A DNA stretch of 64,000 bases, taken from NCBI RefSeq assembly GCF_009914755.1, contig NC_060930.1, one strand, 5' to 3'. The position numbers and the translations under genes were made by a program. This stretch comes from the human T2T-CHM13v2.0 reference genome, Homo sapiens. Below the pieces are notes generated by a model. It did not search any database. It saw only the letters and a list, made by a program, of their open reading frames with translations, and had not been told where the DNA came from. This document shows positions 55,911-64,000 of the stretch, in pieces (the first letter of the stretch is position 1; each line of letters starts with the position of its first letter).

Positions 55911-58900
55911 CTTTCTGTATCCTTTTCAAAAGGCGAGCACCCCTGGGAGCAAAAGCACATTAAATCCCTTAAAGGGATGAACAATCTTTTTTTTCAAGCA
56001 TCAATTCAGGAAACATAAAGTTTAGGAGCATATTTTCTTTAGCATCAGGTATATTTATAAATTGAGAAATGCAATACCTGCCCTCCTGCTTAAGTAGTCT
56101 CTTATTTTTTCTCCATCACTGAAGGGTTTCCTCTCCTTTTTTGGCTAAAATTTTAGAAACCACATAAGTGGCAGGCTCCATAGGATCTGATTATAATGCT
56201 GAGCCTCTGAAACAACTTTTAAATGACTTGAAATCGAGTAGGTGGGGGGAGAAAAAAGAAGGACTCAGGGATGGAGAAGGACAACTGGACCAGAGTTCAA
56301 TCACGGCCAGGGACAGAAAAGCCCCTATCAGGAGATAGCTGGGGGCTGTGGATGCGGGAGGAGGGAGGCTACCCCTTGGGAGGAAAATGGGGTCTGGAAT
56401 GGACAGTGGGTGGGTGGCAGTAAAGGGCTTGTGCAAAACACCTGTCTCCAAGCCCTGTACAGTAGCTAGAAGGGAAGATTCTTGCTATAAACTTCCCCAA
56501 AAGGAAAATGGGAGGAGGACTGGAATTCTTCTACCCTTCCTCCTGGGCCAGGGTCTCAGTCTTGTTCCCTCTCTCTCCCGATATTGTGACACGTGCCTGT
56601 ACACAGAGCCTCCCATGCCGCCTCCCTGGTGGCAGCCTCTGTGCCTCAGCCAGTGACAGCGGCAGCTTCCTGAGCCAGGCCTCGGTGATGGAATCACTCA
56701 CTTAGCAAACCCTCCTCCGAACAGTGGTGGTCATTGCCTCCCACATGCCAGGCACATGGCTTCCCACACATTCCTCATTTCCCCTTTACCACAGCCCTCT
56801 GAGGAAGGTACCAGTATTAGCCCTGTCTTGTGCATGGGGTAACTGAGGCACAGTGCGACACCTGCCCATCATCACATGGCTAGTGAGCGGCCGAGCAGAC
56901 CTCCACCCCAGGTCTGTTTCAGAAGCCTCTGCTCCTATCCTTCAGGCCACACTGCCTCCCTACGCTCCCACCTGAGCGAGAGATGGTTATTCATCGACTT
57001 CATTATATTTAGTTACTTGATTCTGAAATTAGATCTCGATGGTGTCATGGAGCCTGGCAAGTCATGTGTGACAGCTGACCTCAGAGCTGCTAGTTACTGA
57101 CACCTCAGTGTGAAGAACTTCTCTGGTTACTCCCCTCCCGGGGGCGGGGGTGGGGCGCTGACACACCAGGGAAGGCAAAGGTGGGGATGGAAGGTGAGCT
57201 GTGCGGGATCACTTGCCTGACCCTTCCCAGAATCCTCCTCTCCAGCTGCCATGGCACCACCTCTGTGGAGGCCTGTGCCCTGATGGGGAGGGCAAGGTGG
57301 GGCCAAAAGAAGCAATCGGGGAGAAAGGAAGCCAGCCTGCTCAGAGGCATCAGCCCTGTGACCCTCAGCCACTAGGGCTACCCTTAGAAGGGAGAAGCAC
57401 CTCCCAAGAGGAAGTGAGAAGGGCTGAGCAGAGATGCATGAAGGAGATGACAGAGGTATGCAAAGGATGGGAGGAGCACCAGTGAGGAAACTGAGGCACA
57501 TGAAGACGACCGGACCCTGCAAGGACTAGACACCTGGCAGCACTAGTCCAGTGCCCGGCAAACAGCAGGTACTTAATACGACCAGAGTTGTAGTTAGTGC
57601 AGGTGCTCAAAAGATTGCCTGGTTAGGACACCACAGAGCCCCAGTTTGCTCAGGCTGGGAAGTAAGCATGAGCACTGGATCGGAAGGCCGTGCTGGGGCT
57701 CTCCACACTGCACCAGCGCTTTTCAAAGGTGCCAACTCCCCTCTGGGCCTCAGCAGCCCCCCTGCCACTTGGCCCAGCTGGGGCCACTGTCTCCATGCAC
57801 CCAGCCCAGCCCAGATCTGGCACGGGCGCAGCGGGTGAGCGCACGCCTGGCGCAGGCCCCAGTGCCTGGGAGAGAGGCTCCGAGCAGGCGGCTTTGTGTT
57901 TTGTGAAAACCAAATCCACAACTGAGCTCTCCAGCTGAGCAGGGCCTGCTGGGAAGGCTGGCGGACCTCCCTCCCTGTCCCCTACTGGGGCCCACCCTTC
58001 CTCCTCAGCCCCCCACCCCCAGGAACCCTGGGCAGGACCAGCTGCCACCCCGGCTGGCATGGGGGGTTAAGGGGGATGGGTCTGGGCCCAGCTCTGGCAG
58101 TGCCTGGGTCCTACCCTGACCCCCTTCCTGCCTGAGTAAATTGGAATACAAATCAGAGGGAAACACTTTCCTCTGTTTGAACAAATTGCTACGGATTCCT
58201 CCCTGTCTCAGGTCAGGGCTCACGATGGGGGATATTTTCACTCGCGGACTGCTAATAGACTCAGGAGAAGCTGCTAGATCAATCGAGGCCAGGAAAATTA
58301 GCCAGGAGCTCCAGGCCAGCCTCGGCCTGCCCCTGCCCCCCCTCTTCAGGTCTCCTAGGAAGGGTGGTGGGGGCCATACCCAGGCTGGACATAAGTCCCT
58401 GACTGATGACCCAGGGTGCTGGATGCCCGTGCCCACCCCCTGCCTTGGAACCAAGAAAAAGGTGACCAGAGGCCATCTGGAGGGGCAGCGAGATAAAGGT
58501 GGACCCAGAGAAGCCCCTAAAGAGGTCTGTAGGACCCCCTACCACACATATACATAGTTCCCTGCACATACATATTATCATGTGCAACATCATCACCCAT
58601 ATACACACCTACAGCACACACATGCCAGTGTATATTACATGCACAAAAAATACAAATAATGTGCACTTGCACGAGGCAGAGAGAACTGGAGGAACATGTT
58701 ACAGCTTCTGTTGAGGTACCAAGTGAGAGCAGTTTATCTCATACCAGTGGTCCCTATACACAGATACACACACACACTGATCTCCAACAGAAGAGGAGGA
58801 GGGGACAATGAGGGCATGAAGCCCACCCTCACCCCAGCCAGGCTTTGCAGCCCCTGCTCCCTCAAGTCTCCAGAAAGGAGGGAGTGAACCAGACAAGGGT

Positions 58901-59055
58901 GTCAGTGCTTTGGGCACATTGGGGCATCCCTCAGTAGCAAGCTCTTCCTAGTATCCCTTGAGGCCACTTTGCCAGCAGGCACAGTAAAGGAGGTGCATGG
59001 CTTGATCAAAAAGAAAGCTACTCATGTCCCCTGCTTACTACCCTTGCCCACATCA

Positions 59056-59672
<617 letters not shown>

Positions 59673-60434
59673 CTAAGATTCCCGCTGGCTCTGTCACTTT
59701 ATAAGTCTGTGATTCTAGATCATCTCTGTCTTGTTCTCTGCTGTATCCTCAGCACCTAGAACAGAGTCTGGCACACTGCGGGGGGTTCAATAAATACTGA
59801 ATTAGTTAATTAATCTCAGGTCCCAGTTATTAGTGAAGAGAGAGAGAGAAATATACAACAGGGTAGAAGTGCTGCTCTGAGCCGGACTCATGAGGCTCAG
59901 GTATATTCAGGGGTGCAGGCCACTCTGGTCATAGCCCATGGCTTGGCTCCTGGGCAGGGAAGTAGACAGAATGCAGTCGACCTTATTACCCTCTAACCCC
60001 TAACAATTGTTTCACCCAGAATCCTGCCTACAGGGAGAAGGAGCAGTCTTCTAGTCTAGACTGTCCCCACCTCTATGTTGGTTTTAAATTCAGTGGGATG
60101 GAGAACATGGTGCCTCTCCTGGCAATGCCCAAAGGACCCTGTAGATTCTGGGTGTGTCCTTAGTGATGCTCAACCCTGTCCTCCGCAGGTATAAGGCATC
60201 CTTCAGGGAGAGCCTGAATTCTATCAGGAGAGTCTTGGAGAAATCGACACACTTGGATTCCGGCCACAAAATCCAAGGAAGTAAATGAGCAGTGAGCAGG
60301 TCTGGTGGCTGCAGGCAAGAGTTTACAGCCTGGAATGGAGGCTTGTACATGCAGCCCTGAACATGAGATCTAAAAACAAAGAGCTCCACACAGCAAGCTG
60401 GCTCTGAAAAAGCAAGACCATGGCTTAGGCAAGA

Positions 60435-60902
60435 TGTAATACAGACTGTTGCTGCCCCACCTGCACCCCCTCTCCTAAACACTTCAGTGCACCACCAGCC
60501 AGCTCCCAATTGCCAATGCCTGCGGGCACCTCTCTGCCTGAGGGCCATCTCTGGCCACTAGAGCTTGCGCTGCCTGTGTGTGCAGTGGTTTAGGAGTACC
60601 GGGAATTAACACCCCCAGGAGCAACCTCACCCAGTGACAGAGGCGGGGTGGGTGTATACATGCCCTAGTTCCCTCACCCCATGGTGGGATAACTCTGAAG
60701 TGTGTTTCACAAAGCATGCCAGAGTTCCCCCAAGGGACACCGATGTAACTGACTTGATAAGGCATCTTTCACTGGCTTCCTTTGCTTCCCTGTCTCGCTT
60801 CCCCATTCCTCTACCAGAGTTTCCTGGACTTACCTCCCAAATAATTACAGCATTCAGCTCCTTATCTCAGAGTCTACTTCTGGGGCAACCCAAACTAAGA
60901 CT
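60435..60902 (+). mobile_element. ERVL LTR (LTR16/LTR33-like)
   Basis: 3' end cctcccaaataa...tctcagagtctacttctgggg.aacccaaactaagac. Confidence 0.6.
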
Positions 60903-62029
60903 ATGAGTCCAAGTGTGTTTTGACTGTCCATGGTGTCCACTACGAAATTTCTCACATGGCCACAACACAGAGTCCACATATTGCCTAATGACCCCTCTAC
61001 ACACATATCAAATACCCCACCATCATCCTCTTCCTCCACCCACCACTCCCCTGGAAACTTCCTTGCCTGAATCTCATGGCTCAAGATCCAGCTCATCTGA
61101 TCAACCAACCTGTGCCATGGGGAGAAGGCTTAGGGCTGCCAGGTATTCCCAGAGTAACCTTCTGGAAACAGTGGCAGTGCTTCTGCCAGCTAGCTTGTTA
61201 ATAACTCTAAAGTGGAACTTGTAGGCAGTGTGACAAGATGTTGGACCCGGTGGAGACTGGCAGCAACCTCCAGTTCACACTACCAAGCAGGCTCACCTTC
61301 CTACCCACAAGGGCGGGGGAAGCCCTGACATTTCCAATAAGGGCCTCTAACATCTAACCAGAGTTCTAGACCCAGAATGAGCCCCAGATTCTGTAGTCTG
61401 GATGCAATGAGGTCTGAGAATAAGAAATGAGGTTCACAGGGGTAGGGGAAGGATTATAGAGATGTGGGCACACAATGAGCTTATAAACGCCATGCAGACA
61501 TGTCCTGGATTCCCCTAAGCCTGGGAGGTGACACAGGAGAATGAGAAAGAAAGCTGTAGAAAGTCCTTTGACATGGCTTTTAACTTCAGCCTCGGCACCT
61601 AATTGCTGTGTGACCTTGATAAGCCACTTGCCTTCTGCGGTCTCAGTTTCTTCCTGCAATGAATCTGGAAGATTTGTTTTTGGGTCATTGAAGGCCACTG
61701 GCTGGCAGCTGAGCTCACTCCTTGCCATACCCTCATGCCCCTCCTCATGGCCTTCTCTGTGTCTACCCTGTAGTCTTATTCCAGAAAGAAAAGTGAATTC
61801 AGGTCTTGCCGTGGCACAGAACTTCAGCTTGCCTTATGGGCTTTATGTATCTTGCCAGAAGGTAACCTGGCCTCCTCAAGGTCCCCTGCATTTTACTGGA
61901 ACACCGGAATCAAACCCAAGTAGATGAGGCCACTGAAATTCAATTCATTTCCCCATCTCTATCCGCCCAGTATCCCTCTCAGAGATGGGGGAAATGCCTT
62001 CATCAAGAGTTTCTAAAGAATCACTTGGC

Positions 62030-62322
62030 AGCTGGGGACAGTGGCTCATACTTGTAATCTGAGCACTTTGGGAGGCTGAGGCGGGCAGATTGCTTGAGCC
62101 CAGGAGTTTGAGGCCAGCCTGGGCAACATGGCAAAATCTCGTCTCTACAAAAATACAAAAAATTAACCGGGTGTGGTGGCACATGCCTGTAATCCCAGCT
62201 ACTCAAAAGCTGAGGCACTTGAACCCAGGAGACGGAGAATGCAGTAAGCTGAGATGGTGCCACTGCACTCCAGCCTAGGAGAAAGAGTGAGACATTGTCT
62301 CAAAAAATTAAAAAAAAAAAAA
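62030..62322 (+). mobile_element. Alu (AluJ-like)
   Basis: Dimer; aatcactt TSD. Confidence 0.93.
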
Positions 62323-63011
62323 TCACTTCAGGAGCGTCTCAGGGCCGAGGAGTTACTCAAGTTCAACTCAGAGGTCTCCGTTCCTGAATCTTTCTTTCTG
62401 ATAAGTTGTTACAGAAAGTTGAAACAAGGTCAATAGGAAGAACTTCCCAAAATGAAGGACCAGAGGCACTGAGCAAACAGCAGTGGGGCTGCTTGGTCTC
62501 ATGTGGGTGTGGGCCTGCTGAGAGGCAGAAAGATGAGTTAGATCACCTCCGGACCAGAGCCTCTCACACAGCCCATCCGTCTCTGTTCCCAGAAATCAGG
62601 AGGCTGCTTTTTCTGGAACCACAGAGCTCTTCTGCCGTCGGGGCTGAAAGGAGACACCTGCTAGCAGAGAGAGGTACCAACCGGTAGACATCAACAATCC
62701 CAGGGACATGTGAACCAACAGTGTCGGGGGGCGCTGGCAGACGGGAAGCTGGTGGGACTGTCACTTGAATGTCTGGGTGACCCAAGCAAGTCATCCCCCT
62801 CCTCTAGGTCGCTGTCTTTCCTCAGGTCTCTTCTGGGCATCTTCAGAGCAGCCAGGACCCCCACCCCCACCCCACCTGAGCTAGGCTGGCAGAGTGGGGC
62901 GAGGTGAGGATAGGCTGGCAGAGTGGGGTGAGTGAGGAGGAGAGCAGTCATTCACATTCATCTAAATCCCCTTTCATTCAAGAAACACCAACTGCCCCTA
63001 AAACGGGTATT

Positions 63012-63915
<904 letters not shown>

Positions 63916-64000
63916 AGGCCTGGGGGGTCCTTATGCTGCTCCCTTGGGCCAACCCATCTGCCACAGCACAGGCTGGGGAACAAAAATCTGCCAGGGAATG

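Noticed and set aside
60160-60290. good plus-strand splice acceptor (ccctgtcctccgcag|G) suggesting an antisense exon
   Set aside because: No convincing partner exons or promoter; isolated acceptors are common by chance

Overview
Human (primate) genomic DNA, GC-rich and Alu-dense. The window holds most of MDGA1 (MAM domain containing GPI anchor 1; neuroligin-binding IgSF protein, 6 Ig + FNIII + MAM + GPI signal) on the minus strand. I traced coding exons 2-17 from 41104 down to the stop at 14386. All have GT-AG boundaries and consistent phases, totalling 2801 coding nt. With the 67-nt signal-peptide exon 1, which lies beyond the right edge, this gives the 955-aa protein I recall. 41105-64000 is intron 1. 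14385 to ~9530 (possibly ~7690) is a long 3' UTR, and 1-7600 is downstream flank. The rest is Alu, MIR, L2, L1, MaLR/ERV LTRs, hAT DNA transposons and simple repeats. I see no second gene, RNA gene or CRISPR-like array and cannot support a wholly new biological system. The best leads are post-transcriptional controls on MDGA1: a 480-nt AG-free pyrimidine tract before frame-shifting exon 10, a 24-nt microexon with an SRRM4-type UGC, a (UG)n-flanked candidate poison exon in intron 1, paired miR-9 sites after the stop, a GPI-less read-through C-terminus, and an LTR-donated distal poly(A) signal. Exon coordinates were counted by hand. Repeat boundaries and subfamilies are approximate.
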